From Chromera velia (lineage: Eukaryota), in contig JAHBMJ010000481.1 of assembly GCA_018398765.1 (NCBI GenBank), positions 1-46,587 on the forward strand: 46,587 nt of DNA, in the 5' to 3' direction. Of this stretch, positions 1 through 14,289 are shown one piece after another (position 1 is the first letter of the stretch; each line of letters starts with the position of its first letter). Made by a program: the position numbers and the translations under genes. The notes under the pieces are model-generated. The model was not told the origin of the DNA and ran no database searches. It was given only the letters and a program-made list of their open reading frames with translations.

Positions 1-99
1 TGGCTGCTCTCGCTTGATTCTAACTGTGTCTCTCTGTCTGCCTGTCTGCTCTCCCTCATCCTTGTCTGTTTCTCTCCGGCTGCCTGGCTGCTCCCGCTT
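1..99 (-). pseudogene. Continuation of the CRE-like non-LTR ORF beyond the inserted DNA transposon
   Basis: Minus strand reads SGSSQAAGEKQTRMRESRQADRETQLESS, repeating the ETQLE motif seen just before the insertion (1160-1190); joined through the TSD tcccgctt. Confidence 0.6.
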
Positions 100-1153
100 A
101 TAGGGGTGTAAAATCTCTTTTGGACGGGGGGGGGGGACCCTGTCAGTGGGGCAGGCAGGAGCCTGCCCGACGGGGGGGCCCCGTCCTTTGGACAGGGCCA
201 CAGAGCGCAAACGGGGGGGGGGACCCGTCAGATCGAACGGGGGGGGAAGGGGCGCGCGGAGTTCGTGCGCGCGATCAAAATTAATTTTTCGGGTCTGTCA
301 CTGAATGATTTACCTATCCCGCCATGCCCTGCCTTCTGTGAACAGTCGCTTTCTTGTATGGTTATTCTGTTTTCTCTTGCCTTACACTGCTGCTGACTAT
401 GATGCCTTTACACCGTTCACTGCTGCTGATTCTGCTGCTCAAGCCCGGACCCTATTGAGATCGCTGATCCGTTGCCGACCATTAATTTTTTCATTGTCTT
501 TCCCTCTGAAGTCCTTTCAAGATGCTGTGAAGATTCGTACTTCAAAAGGTCTTTTTCGAGATTCCCTCCAAAGCGGAGTGCGGACCATACCGCCATGACA
601 AGCAGGCCTGACCCGAACACAAAGAGAAGCCGACCGGAGATGAAGGAAGATTGGGACCGTATCATAAAACGGAACCCCGATCTTGTTGAAGAAGTCCAAA
701 GAGACGGGAGCACTGTCATCGATCCGCACAAGCTGCTCTGCAAGCCCTGCAACAAAGTCCTGTGCATGAATGGGGACTATTGCTATTTCAAATTTCTGGA
801 TCACGAGAAGTTGAAGGAGCACAAGCAGATGAACACGCAGAACCTTAGATGAAGGTCATTATCTAGGTTGTCTTCATGACCTAGCACTTTTTCTCACCTA
901 GAGCTCTCCGAACGGGGGGGTCCCCGTTCACAGGGGTCTGATCTCCTTAGAGCTCGAACGGGGGGGACCCCGTCGGATCTGGAGTCCTAAGAGCTCGAAC
1001 GCACCCCCCCCCCCCGTTCTTACACCNNNNNNNNNNNNNNNNNNNNNNNNNNNNNNNNNNNNNNNNNNNNNNNNNNNNNNNNNNNNNNNNNNNNNNNNNN
1101 NNNNNNNNNNNNNNNNNNNNNNNCCCCCCCCCCCCCCGTTCTTACACCCCTAT
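100..1153. mobile_element. Non-autonomous DNA transposon with 8-bp TSD (hAT-like)
   Basis: TIR ATAGGGGTGTAA (100-111) / TTACACCCCTAT (1142-1153); perfect TSD tcccgctt at 92-99 and 1154-1161; subterminal acggggggg repeats at both ends; N gap near the right end. Confidence 0.85.
595..852 (+). CDS. Small C2H2-type zinc-finger ORF inside the transposon
   Basis: ccgccATG start at 595; LLCKPCNKVL...FLDHEKLKEH (C-x2-C...H-x5-H); open to TGA. Confidence 0.45.
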   Translation: MTSRPDPNTKRSRPEMKEDWDRIIKRNPDLVEEVQRDGSTVIDPHKLLCKPCNKVLCMNGDYCYFKFLDHEKLKEHKQMNTQNLR

Positions 1154-2006
1154 TCCCGCTTGCTTCCAACTGTGTCTCGCTTTCCATCTGCTCGCTCCCG
1201 CTGCCTTGGAGAGCTCGGACGAGGGGGAAGATGGTGATGGCGTACCCTGCCATTGACATCTGGTCCCCTTGCGTCCATCCCTCTCTGCTGCTGATGGTGG
1301 TGATCCCATGGGTTCCTCTTAGGAAGAGCTCTGCATCCCCCCTATAGCAGTTGAAGAGGAATTTGGAGGCTCTGGGCCAGAGTATGTGGGCATTCCACAG
1401 CCCTGCTGTGCGATTTGCTGCGTTGAAGGCGTTTTTGGCGTCTATTAGGAGGGTTCCGAATGCCTTCTCGGGGTTGTCGCTGGCTTCCTGTGTGAGGGTC
1501 TCCCAGAGCTCCCTCACTGCATGAATCCCCCCTTCCAGGCCTCCCATGAGGCCACTGCATAGCTGATCGGCTCCGCATGCCTCCTGCAGTTCCTCTCTAG
1601 TCTCCTTCATCACTGCTTTTCTGAGGAGGCGCCTGATCGCCTCCCCGATTCCTACTGGGCGCACCCCGGGGCATTTGTCTAGCGCGACCAGTCGGCATGC
1701 CATGAGTGCCTTCACCTGGTCCCACTCGAACACCCTCCTTCCCATTTCTGTTGCTAAGTTGGCGAGTTCTTCCCTTAACTCTCTACTCTCCCTCCCTAGG
1801 CTCAGGACTGCGGTGCGGAGCTGTGTGCTATCGAATTCAGACGGCCCCGCACTGCCTTAAAGGCGGCATGCTACTGCAGCGATGTCCTCCTCGGTGATTA
1901 GGAGGGGTGTGAGGGTGGGGAGGCCCTCTTTGGGCATCGCTTCTAGTGCTGCTGCTTGGGATGTTTTTCTGGGGGGATGTTTGGCTTTCAGGGTCTCTGC
2001 TACCTG
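1154..2006 (-). pseudogene. CRE-clade-like non-LTR retrotransposon reverse transcriptase (N-terminal RT motifs)
   Basis: LKAKHP; CRLVALDKCPGVRPVGIGEAIRRL; QLCSG..GGLEGGIHA; IDAKNAFN; SREGWTQGD; one in-frame TAA near 1858. Confidence 0.85.
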
Positions 2007-2359
2007 AAGACAAATCTATCCCAAACGGTCTCCAACATCAAAACGGTCTCCAAAAGTACCATATCTATCAAGTATTTCTAGGTACTAAACAATGATTAAA
2101 AACTTAAAACAAAGAGTTTTAAACGGTTTGAGAGTGCAATTAAGTGTTTTTTAAATCCTAGTTAGTAAAAGAATTGTATAAAAATTTGATTCATGATAAC
2201 TATATATATATTTAAATTTGAATTTATGATTTTAAGTTTTTAACTCTTTAAAATATTCTCTTCACAATAAATCTTAAGGTTTTAACAGAAAGATTGAAAA
2301 CATGTAAAACATAGTGTAGAGCTTTTACAAGTATCAAAATTGATGTTATTAATATGTTG

Positions 2360-2390
<31 letters not shown>

Positions 2391-2653
2391 CTGTGTACTA
2401 GACTGTCTGAATACAAATCATGAACAGAACGCTCATAATATTGGCCGTGAGCTGAAGGCACTGTTTCAGCGTAACACCGCAACAACCAGACAACGAAGTT
2501 GTTCGACTCAGATAACAATTTTTTAATGCCGCCGAAATAATGATCAACACTTTTATATTGGCTTTCAGTGTACGTAACCTATGTGTAAAGATCTGTATGT
2601 ATGTGGATCTGCCAGTGCGTGCAGAGACACACACATACACATATACACACACA

Positions 2654-2697
<44 letters not shown>

Positions 2698-3567
2698 TAA
2701 GGGGAACAGGCCGGGGGGAAAGGGGAAAAGGGAGGAGTATAAGCCGGCAGAGAAACCTTGGGCATGAAGGAGAGACCGAGAGGTAGAAGGAGAACAAGTA
2801 CAAGACAAATCTATCCCAAACGGTCTCCAACATCAAAACGGTCTCCAAAATTACTATATCTATCAAGCATTTTTAGGTAGTAAACAATGACAAAAACTTA
2901 AAACAAAGAGTTTTAAACGGTTTGAGAGTGTAATTAAGTGTTTTTTAAATCAAAGTTAGTGAGAGAATTATATGTCAACTTCATTTATGATAACTGTATG
3001 CATTTAAATTTGAATTTATGATTTTAAGTTTTTAACTCTTTAAAATATTCTCTTCACAATAAATCTTAAAATTTTAGCTGAAAGATTGAAAACATGTGAA
3101 ACATAGTGTAGAGCTTTTATAAGTATCACAATTGATGTTATTAATATGTTATCATACATATATATACTGTGTGCTAGACTGTATATGCATGACTACAAAT
3201 CATGAGCAGAACGCTCATAATATTGGCCGTGAGCTGAAGGCACTGTTTCAGCATAATACTGCAACAACCAGACAACGAAGTTGTTCGACTCAGATAACAA
3301 TTTTTTTATGCCGCTAAAACAATGATAAACATTTTTAAATTGGCTTTCAGTGTACGTAACCTGTCAGTAAAGGTCTGTGTGCATGTGGATCTGCCAGTGC
3401 GCATATGTATGCGCGTAGACACACATACACACACACACATATATACACACACACACACACATATAAGGGGAACGGGCCGGGGGGAAAAGGGAAACGGGAG
3501 GATCATAAGCCGGCAAAGAAACCTTGGGCATGAAGAAGAGACCAAGAGGTAGAAGGAGAATGAATAC
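2007..3567 (+). repeat. Tandem duplication of the element's left end (units 2007-2801 and 2802-3567)
   Basis: TIR sequence restarts at 2802; both units share the AT-rich tract, the (CA)n tract and the ggtagaaggagaa end. Confidence 0.9.
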
Positions 3568-3729
3568 ATGCACCGTAGACACGTGTATATGCACATAAAT
3601 GGCTCACAGAAAAGCTGGCTCACAGAAAAGCAATAACACACCTTCGATCTTTCTGAAAGAGGTAAGCGTCATGAGCCTTAAGAAAGAAAAGGATGAAAAG
3701 ACCGTGTTGCGTTGCATGCACACCTTTAT

Positions 3730-4305
3730 ATACTCACATACACATACATACACATACACACACACACATACACACACATATACACACACACACACACACA
3801 TACACACACACACATACATACACACACACATACATATACATATATACACACATACTCACACTCACACTCACACTCACTCTCTCTCTGTCTCTCTCTCTCA
3901 CACATACATACACACACATACACACACACACACACACACTCACACTCATACTTACTCTCTCTCTCTCCCTCCCTCCCTCTCTTTCTCTCACACACACATA
4001 CATACTCATACACGCACCGTAATACAGGCACGCATACACATACACACACACATATACATACACACACACACACACACACACACATATGCATGCACACATG
4101 CACACGGAATATACGATCACACGGACTACTAGCAGTACGCTCCGGAATACAAATACAGGCAAAAAAATGCAGTACTAGAAGGAACACATAAACTTTTAGG
4201 ACAAACAGACAAACCGAATACACGGGTAGATATCCTTCTTCACACACTCACACTCTTTTACACATACACACACAGACATATACACACACACACACACATA
4301 CGCTG
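3730..4305. repeat. Compound (CA)n/(TA)n/(CT)n microsatellite
   Basis: Seen directly; smaller (CA)n tracts at about 2626-2697 and 3420-3463. Confidence 0.95.
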
Positions 4306-4505
4306 CACCTAGCGTTGTACACACCTAGATACACATATGTACAGAGACGGAGAAAGACTCAAAAATGAAACCAAAATGGATAACACAAAGGCAGCCGAGA
4401 GCTCCAGAGTCTGGCAGACCAAGCACAAGCCACTAACATAAAGGCCAAGCTCTGAACTCACCTTCTACAGGGGCTGTCTGGGATGGTCTCTCCACACACC
4501 TCGAA

Positions 4506-5707
<1,202 letters not shown>

Positions 5708-6554
5708 ATATGTTTACATGTGTATCTTCCTTAGTTCGATTCTTTTTGTCCTATTGATCTTCGATGGAACGTCTCTTTTACGTAGCACACAGAGCCAGAA
5801 GCGATAGAAAAAAGACAGTGGCGAGACCGAAGGGGGGGGTCGCGCGTGATGTTGTGTGTTGGAATTGCGGTTGCTCGTCTGGCATGTCAGGATTGAGAGT
5901 GTGCGTATTGGTACTGCGGCCTGTGCCAGGACGATTTTAAATTGTGCGCGCGACCGATGGTTCACGAGGTGGTGTTTGAGCCATGCCGAGATGTATTGAT
6001 TTTTCGCGCCGTACGTGTATTTGGCATCGAATTGGCATGCATCCGTCTATCTATACATGCGTACTGAGATACAGGCATGTGAGATTTCGAGTAGAAGGAC
6101 TGCTCTTCCACTGAACACAGTGCTGCCGCCTACTAGCACAGTGCGGAGACGGTTAAGACATACGTTACAGCTGTCTGAAGTAACTCCATTTCTAAGGTAA
6201 CACTAATAACTAATTGCATTCATATTCAGAAGACATACATATGAGGAAAAGTCCATAATAGATATATCAAGAACAGAGACAGGCAGATGGGAGAAGAATT
6301 AAAGGCTTAGAAAACGAATTCAAAAGGTTTTACAACAATCTAGCTATTTTTTTTTACATGTATACAGGCAGAGAATACGAGGTGTGCAAGGTGCAACCCT
6401 GGTGCCTGACCCAAAGCGCCCATAATAGTGCAAATTAAGCACAGAAAAAGAATACGCAGCATGAATCCATACAAGATGAATGCTGTCCCGAACCTTTTTT
6501 GTCCAAAAAATGTGTTTTTTCTGTGATGCGAAAGAAAAAAAAATCCTTCGTATT

Positions 6555-7028
6555 TTCACCGAGGGAGAATTCAGGCCTAAATTCTCCCTCGGGTGAAACG
6601 GCTCAAAGTGCTGCACATTGAGAGCTACGAGGAGAGAAAGAGAGCAGTTGACACGATTTTGAGTAAGATGAATGCTGTCCTAAACACCTTTTATCCAAAG
6701 CACATCTCTTTTCTATAGTGCGAAGGAAAAAAAAATCCTTCGCATTTTAACTAAGGGAGGATTTAGGGCTAAATTCTCCCTTGGACGATATTTCCTTGAC
6801 ATACCTAGAGAGGGAGAATTCAGCCCTGAATTCTCCCTCGGTAACAAAAAAAAAAAAATTGTCGAGGGAGCAAAAAACAGATGACTTGTTTCAGTAAAAG
6901 AAGCCAGAAAAAACACTTAAAAAAATTCTCCCTCTAAAAAGTTTTTTTTCAGATACTCATCGAGGGAGAATTCAGCCCTAAATTCTCCCTCACGAAATAT
7001 TTTTTTCACATAGTCCGAGAGGGAGAGG
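6555..7028. repeat. Array of four 30-bp palindromes gagggagaatt-n8-aattctccctc plus half-sites
   Basis: Copies at 6561-6590, 6753-6782, 6810-6839, 6962-6991; the first two lie within a larger direct repeat (about 6473-6590 / 6664-6782). Confidence 0.85.
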
Positions 7029-9130
7029 CGGAATATAAAGTGTGGAATGGGCCTAAAAAAACAGCGCAGCCTCCACCGGCACCCTTCACAAAGCTACGCA
7101 ATCTACTTTTTATGCTCTAACTCCCCATAAATTTCTCCTACCGACCTCTCAGAATCTCTGGATTGTCTGTGTCCTTCCCAGCGGGCACCGGCCACCCCGG
7201 CCACTTGTGATGCCGCCGGCCCTGACCCCGCTCCCTTGTGACGCTGCCGGGCTAGGCTGGGCCCCGATTGACCCCGGCTTCCTTTGCCAGTCACGGACGT
7301 TCATTTACTTGGCCCAAATGTCTCACCGCTCCCTCCAGCTGGCGTCTCTCTGCTCCCTGTGATTTCTCCCTGTGACGCCGCCGGCCCTGGACCGGCCGCC
7401 GCCCCTCAGTGGCCCCTGTCCCCGTCCTTGCCCCCGTCTCCGTCGATAGACGTCCCCCTGGCCCCGCCAGCACTCCGGTCTACTCACTTCCTTGATCCGC
7501 CCTCTCTTTCTTACTCCTTTGCCCCAATGCCCCCCTTTCTGCTTTCTGTCTCGGCCAGGATCTATATGTCGGGGCCGAGGCTGGTGCCGGCGCACAGTCT
7601 CAAAGACAGAAAGTAAACCTGAATACAGGCAGACAAGCAGCACATTCAAAGGGCAATAAATGGAAAACAAGGACAAGCATCCTTCTCCTCCTCTCATTGC
7701 CTCTTCCCAGGTTGCCATAACTTCTTTTCTCTCTTTCTGGACCATACTTACTGGATGTTTTTGACTGATTTTCACTGACAGGCACGGGTGCAAAACGATG
7801 CGATTAATACAGACCGAATGAAAACAAACCACTGACCCAGAGAGATGGTCATCACATGGAGCCCCAAGTGTTGCTCCTCAGCATGATCAAAGGAATGGAA
7901 CCTGCATTCAATCACATCCCCAAGAGGCAACAAAGCCAAAAACGACGGTTCAAGGCAAATATCTGCTTAACAGTGCATCATATACTGACCCATACAGAGA
8001 GACAGAACTGTAGACTCACCGGAAGAATGGCGAAAGCAACCCTAGCTCCTCACCAAAGGCAAAAAGTAGTCCCAGATCCTGCGTGCAACCACCGAACAAG
8101 AAAAAAATGAAGTTCCATGGGAGGGACCCGGTCTGAGGTGCATCATGCTCTGACCTGATGCAACGGCTTGCAAGCATTGAGATAAATAAACTGATGAACT
8201 TACCGGAAAGCACGCGAAGGCCCCTCTGGATCCCCGAAACAGCCCAGTGGGAATCCCAAATCCTGTCTACAGCTACATAGCAAGAAGATACTGAAGTCTG
8301 AGAGCTTGGACAAAGGTAGGCCAGTGCCTGATATGATGCAACGAGTTGTTAAGGCTAGCTAGTACACGTCTGAGAGGAGACTTAACCTCAAACTCAGTGA
8401 CACCAGAAGGAAAATGAAAACAGCCCCAGTTCCCTCGGCAAAGAAAGCAAGAGCTTGAACACATGTATAGAGGCATGTAAAAGAAAAAAGACGTCGATCA
8501 AAGATTGAGAGCAAGACGGGCCTCTCCAAATTTATCTACCACGCTTACTAATAGAACGAGACGGCCATGCCCGAAGAAAAGAGATGGCTGAGGTTCGTTC
8601 CAAGGTCTGTTCTCCCAATGGCATGCAAAGAATACAGCTATTCTGTTTGAAATACCGTGCAACCTGATCTGAAAACATCAGCAGTGAACACTTTCGAAGC
8701 AGATCCACAGTCCTACAATGTGCAGAGATAAATTTGCAGTGTGCACCGATCACCTTTGATCTCAATGTGCGTAAAGGTGCAACCGCGTCCTTCAGCTACA
8801 TCTGCGTACATCAAAAAATTGGCTTCTTTGATTTTTTTGCCGCGATCGATTTTAATTAAGTTTGCTCCAGCATGGGCCCCGCCGCCGCCTTAATTGCATG
8901 ACAGGTGCAGCATGTGCGCTGACGTGCGAAATACATACACCGCAGTCAAATACAATATATTTTTTTCTCTTACTAAATCCGATTGAAAAACAGGAAATCG
9001 TACTGTTTGATCGCTTGAAACTCTTTGTTTTAAGCTTTGAAGTATTGTTTACTGTCTAACAAAGTTTGAGAGGTATGGTTATTTTGGAGACCGTTTTACT
9101 GTTGGAGACCGTTTGGGATAGATTTATCTT

Positions 9131-9650
9131 CTGGTAGGTTTGTCTTCTCTTGGTGAAGGTATCTTCCCCATCTAGGACTCCCCCTTTCTCTCGGCCTGTC
9201 AGTATCCGTGTTCCCCTCCTTATCTCCCCTGCCTGGATGAAGTTTTGAAATTTTTTCATCTCGAGGAGGCCTGCTGCCTTCTCAAGTTCTTCCCTTTTTG
9301 ATCGGCTCTCGCTTTCTCCCCTCCTGCTGCTACTGTGAGCTCTTTTACTAATTTTGGTTGCCTCCTGAAGGAGGGTTTCTCTTCTCTTCTCCCCCTGCTC
9401 CCACAAATCTAGCCTGCTCTTGATGGTCTCCCGTACCTTCTTTGCCTTTTTGATACGGGGGTCTCTCCGGAGGGTAAGGTCTAGCATCAGCAGGAACGCT
9501 TTGCTTGGGTTGTCCCCGCTCTTAATCCTTACAATTAGGGATTGCGTCAGCCGTACTAGCTTCCTCCCTGTGCCCCTTTTGGAAAATGCGTACTGCCCAC
9601 TGGGGTGTAGACGTTGTGCACGCCTCCACTCTGTCTCCCACCTTCCCTGA
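9131..9650 (-). pseudogene. Upstream (pre-RT) part of the CRE-like ORF
   Basis: RLDLWEQG...AGEIRRGTRILTGREKGGVL, in frame with the RT segment across the CTG TSD. Confidence 0.75.
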
Positions 9651-9847
9651 GCGAGGGGGGGCTTCCCTATATATCAGGCCTTGACCATCGTTAGAGAGCG
9701 ATCAAAGTAAAAGACGGAAAAAGTCTACTTCTTTCTGAAAAACGAGGCCTCAGACATCAGCTTTTAGTGGCGGGTCTTTCTTTCAAGGCTGGAGCACTGG
9801 ATTGGGGGGACCGCCTAGACTTTGAGGCGGACTCTTTCCGTTGTTAG

Positions 9848-9994
9848 AATCGCACGGGTGCATTTGTCTGGGCCAGCTGTGGTCATTGTGGCCAGCGGTT
9901 CTCTGTTTTTGGGCGCCAAGTGCAAGACGGGACCCATCGCTTCGACCTACGTCATCTTCAAGCACACTGGCTGCATAGCTGTCCCTACAGATGA
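9848..9994 (+). pseudogene. BED-like zinc finger remnant, probably from a hAT-type element ending at 10195
   Basis: VWASCGHCGQRF...DLRHLQAHWLHSCP; downstream ccggtaa subterminal repeats and a gcaaccctg end (reverse complement CAGGGTTGC). Confidence 0.4.
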
Positions 9995-10212
9995 CGCATT
10001 GACTTTTTGAATTGACCTTAAGTCTAGCCTTAAGTGATTGATTGATTGACCTATAACCTAGGACTTAGGTTATTGAAAAGTGTTAGTGACTGTTAGAATT
10101 CTTCCAAGTCTTTACCAACTGCCAGCAAACTCTGCCGGTAATTACCGGTTACCGGTAATGAAGCTTGTCTACCGCCAAAAAAATCAGCAACCCTGTTCTA
10201 GGTGGTCTTAAT

Positions 10213-10549
10213 CTGGGATATGCACTCAAAAAAAAAAAAAGTGAACAGGCTTTTATATTAATTATTTTTTTTTTTTTAAGAAGACCAACGTTTAAAACTT
10301 TGCATGTGTGAGTGACAACTTGTGAACATCTGCAGTCAGTCTAGCAGTCCCACACAGTAATACTATAAATAACTATCCAAATGATATTCTACCTAGTATT
10401 CTATATTCAATTTAGCACTCCTACTAGTACTAGGCTGAATTAGAATAAATTAAGCTGGTAGCTAGGCTGTTGAATCATTAAAAAAAAAAATCAAAAATTC
10501 AAAACCCGTTTTTTTTTTTTTTTTTTTTTTTTTTTAGTGCATGCCCTAG
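10213..10549. mobile_element. MITE with 8-bp TSD
   Basis: TIR ctgggatatgcact / agtgcatgccctag; TSD gtcttaat (10205-10212) / gtctcaat (10550-10557). Confidence 0.75.
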
Positions 10550-13500
10550 GTCTCAATCTATTGCATTGAATTTTTCTTCTAGTTTTTCTTGGGTTTACAG
10601 TTCAACGTTCACTGCCAGTGCTTTGCATGCGCATGTGAAATAACTTTGGTTCACTTAAATTAGTCATACACTGGCATGCAGCTCTAGATGTAGCTAGGCT
10701 GCATCATAGCCTACATCGCCTAGCTACATCGCCAAAAGCGCTGGCCCAAAGTTCATCAGCTTCATCTCTCATCTGGCCCTATCCCGTCCGCCCCACCGCG
10801 TACAGGCTGAGCCAGGCTCAAACACTGACACACAGTATCACACATGCAGCGAGGCTATAGCTATTAAATCCACCATAGTCTATACAGATGAAAGTGTGGG
10901 TAGTGGTTAGCTCCCACCGGAGGTTTTTCCGGGCGCCCAGGGCCGGCTTTCACAGAGCGCCGGGGGCTGGGGGGCAGGTCCGGCTAGCCGGGCTAAAGGC
11001 CGCTATGTCCGGTGGAGGAGTTTGAAAAGCTTCAAAGGGGGGCCGGCGTTAGGGCCGGTGTCAGCAAAATTGTGGCCCCGGCCTCCGCCGTGGGCTAGTA
11101 CAGCAAAAAAAGGACGTTTTGCGCACAAAATTTACGCACATGCGCACAATGGGCGATGGCGGGCGGGGAGGCCTTAATTTTAGCACTAAATTCTAATGTT
11201 ATAGCAAAAGTATTATAAAAGTGTTGGAACCCACAAAATTTTAAATACAAAAATAGTATTAGAAAATAGATGCATATTTATTGAATCAATATACGATGAT
11301 AATATCCACTAGAATATCTAATAAAATCAATAAAACAACGACCAATAAATTTGATTTGATATATCTACTTACTCTGCCTTCTTTGCCTATCTTCTTCGCT
11401 TCTGATCGGTGCTTTTTTGCATCACTGCTGAGATGGCAGATCGACCCTAAACGCCGACTGAGCGACCTGTCGAAGGGGACCCTTCTCCGTCTTTGTCCTC
11501 TTTTGACCATTGTGCATCACCATCTGTATATGTAGATGGGCACTGAAATAATACACCACTCTCCTTCGACCACACACCGACATAGTACTTCGTTGATACT
11601 CTTTAAGAAGTGGTGTCGTTTCGTTTCCCCTTCCCCGTCTCCCCAAGGCCGAAAGATCTGTTTGCATTTTCAGAGAAAGGAAAGGAAAGAAAGAGAAAAA
11701 AGAAATAAGAGTCAACATGCAGCATCAATCGCCAGACACACATAAAAGAAAATGAAGACGGTCGGACATCATATCTGAGATTGGCTTTTCCTTCCTCTCA
11801 TCCCCTCTTTGGTTTATCCATCTCCCTCCACCACCTCAAGAAAAAAAAAAAAGGAAAAGGAAGGGAGAAGAAAGGGCTCACAATCACTAAAGACCATATA
11901 CCGCTTCAGCCTTATAAAGGATGACCGCCTGCATGCAGGGACCTGTGCGGCAAGTACACTCTTTCCAGTCAATTCTATCTAAAATTTACTGTTTTTGATC
12001 TCAAAAGGGGAAAACATTGTCTGTTTGCGACCTGATTCCTCGTCGTCCTTTCACAATCACGATTCAAGCCATTTTTTCTTCTTTTATGACCCCCATGACC
12101 GCTGCAGAAGAAAGAAAGAAACAAAGAAAGAAAAAACGTTACAGAGGGACTGCTGAAGAAAGAGAAGAGCAAAGGTCGCTACTGCTTACCAAAGTACTAA
12201 AGGAAAGAAGAGAAAGAAATTAGGTGAGTTAAGCCACTTTTGGACTTCGTGTTCTGTGAGTGTTTTGGATCAGGGACCTCGAGTTAGGTCGGACACCCCC
12301 CCCCCCCCCNCCCCCCCCCCCCGAGGTTCAGAAGTCCGCACTTCTGAACCTTGGGCAAGGGGGGTCAAACCCCCCTACTGCCAGGTCCAGACATGGGCTC
12401 ATCGTGGGTCCGGGAGGCGCCGCCACGGGGCTAGAGGGGGTGGTGGCACCCTGTTCTTTCGACGCACGCAGCCGACTTTGCCTCTGTTGGCCAATAATCA
12501 GGTCTGAAGTCTCTTATCCATCTTGAAGGTCCACAGGTTCAAAACTGCGGAGTCCTGAACCTCTGAGCAAACAGACTTTTCCCACATAAATGTTGCCACA
12601 AAAAGCGCTCTGTCAGATATCTTCTGACAGTTTTAGAAGATGTCTGATAGAGTGTTTTCTCGGTTTTGACTTTTTTTTCGGGAGTGCACTTTCGGGGCTC
12701 TGGAGGAGATGGCTGTAACAACAGTTGCTGGGTCACCTCAGGTCGGCATGAAGTGGAGCTTGGAGGTGGGTCCAGTGGACACCAGCCATCTTGATCTTGT
12801 TTCCAACGTCTTTCTGCTTGCTGCTGCTCCTCCTGTTCAAGCGAGGAAGGGCTGCCGGCCTTATCTAGGTATTAAAGTACTGCTGCCCTCATCGCTCTCC
12901 TTACTCTTTCCTTGCAGGTCACAGTCTTGGGAGCCCTGGGGTCAACCCCCAGGTCAGCTTGTCCAGACCTGCTGCTTTTTAGGCTCTTAGTTTTTTCCTT
13001 GGGACCTTGTGCGTGTAGAATAAGCTGGACAGAAGTGCTTCCTTGACTGCACAAAGCGTGAATGCCTGTCCCTCCGTGTTTGCAGGTGTTGGTGGACGGA
13101 GATTTGGGAACACCTGCAGCTCAGTTAAGGAAGCGCGGCTTGCTCTCTCGCTTTGTATGATGATTTGCTTAGTATCTAGCTTCTTTGTCCTGCTAGGAGC
13201 TTGACAGAAACGCACAAGGGAGGTCACTGAGACAGGGTCGATGGAGAGTCTCCATTTAAATTTTTGACCGCCTCTTCTGAAGCTTTGCACAGCTCTCAGT
13301 CATGCCAGATATTTTTCCACCCAGACCAATCGCTCAGCTTTCATGCATTTGAATGCCTTCCACTTGCTCCGTGTGTGTCAGTCTTTCAAAGCGGTCCATA
13401 CTATCCCGATGCAAGTGCTACTTACTCGTTCATCCTTTCTCATTTGTGATACTCCGTACTGGTCTCTCCCTGAACATCTGGATCTACCTACAGACCTGTC

Positions 13501-14289
13501 CTTCTTTTTTACAGTTTCTCATTAACACACGCAGAACAATTTGCAAGCTTTTACGCCATGCAGTATGAGTTCTTTGTGAATAGAATTATGTTGTCTCTGT
13601 GCTTTGTTCTTAGGAATCCTCTCCGACCCCTGCTGACCGCCTCCTATCCGGTCTGACTAGCCTAGCTGTGAAACCCTCCTTCCTGCACTGTTTTCCTTGC
13701 AGAAGAAGCAATTCTTTATACTTGATTGGCGGCACTAAACGTTACTGTTGAGCGTATCCATTAGTATTGTGCCTATGTATTTCTTTGTAGGTAACATTCA
13801 TTAACTTCCACGTGCCACGGTGATCGTGATTTTTCCTACCATGCACCCTAGCTAATCAACTAGTCTTTTGAGCACATTGGAGCATATTTGAGCAGATTTG
13901 CACAGAAGTAACGCTTTTAAGTGCTCTAAAAAACTTTAGATTGCTTTAAGTAACCTAGTTTTACTTTATAATGAAGCTAGAATATAGTAAATTTAAAAGT
14001 CATTTTGAATTCCACTAAGTCCTACTTTGGAGTCCACTCTGTTGGAAACCCCAAGCTATCTGAGATATCAGGATAGATTGATCCCCAAAACCACCTCTCC
14101 TCATTAAAGTGTCCTCCCTCGCCAGCTGAATTTATTTTGAAGAAGGTTTTTTTCTGGAATCCGAAAAAACATCCCATCGTCAGTTCTGTTGGCACCCTCA
14201 AATATGTTCAAGAGGGGGTGCAGTCGGGAGGTGGAGGTGAAGGGAACTCGGTGTGAAGGCCCCCTTTTTTATCCTAGCAAGAGAGCCGT

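Noticed and set aside
2398..4247. HT- and CV-rich ORFs
   Set aside because: Translations of (CA)n microsatellites
6555..7028. CRISPR-like array of 30-bp palindromic repeats
   Set aside because: Spacers are irregular (about 162, 27 and 122 bp) and partly duplicated; no cas genes; eukaryotic context
7600..8810. Possible transposase of the 7.1-kb element
   Set aside because: Exon-like but heavily disrupted; no catalytic motif I can support
12500..13570. Possible minus-strand coding remnant
   Set aside because: Many stops and no recognisable motif
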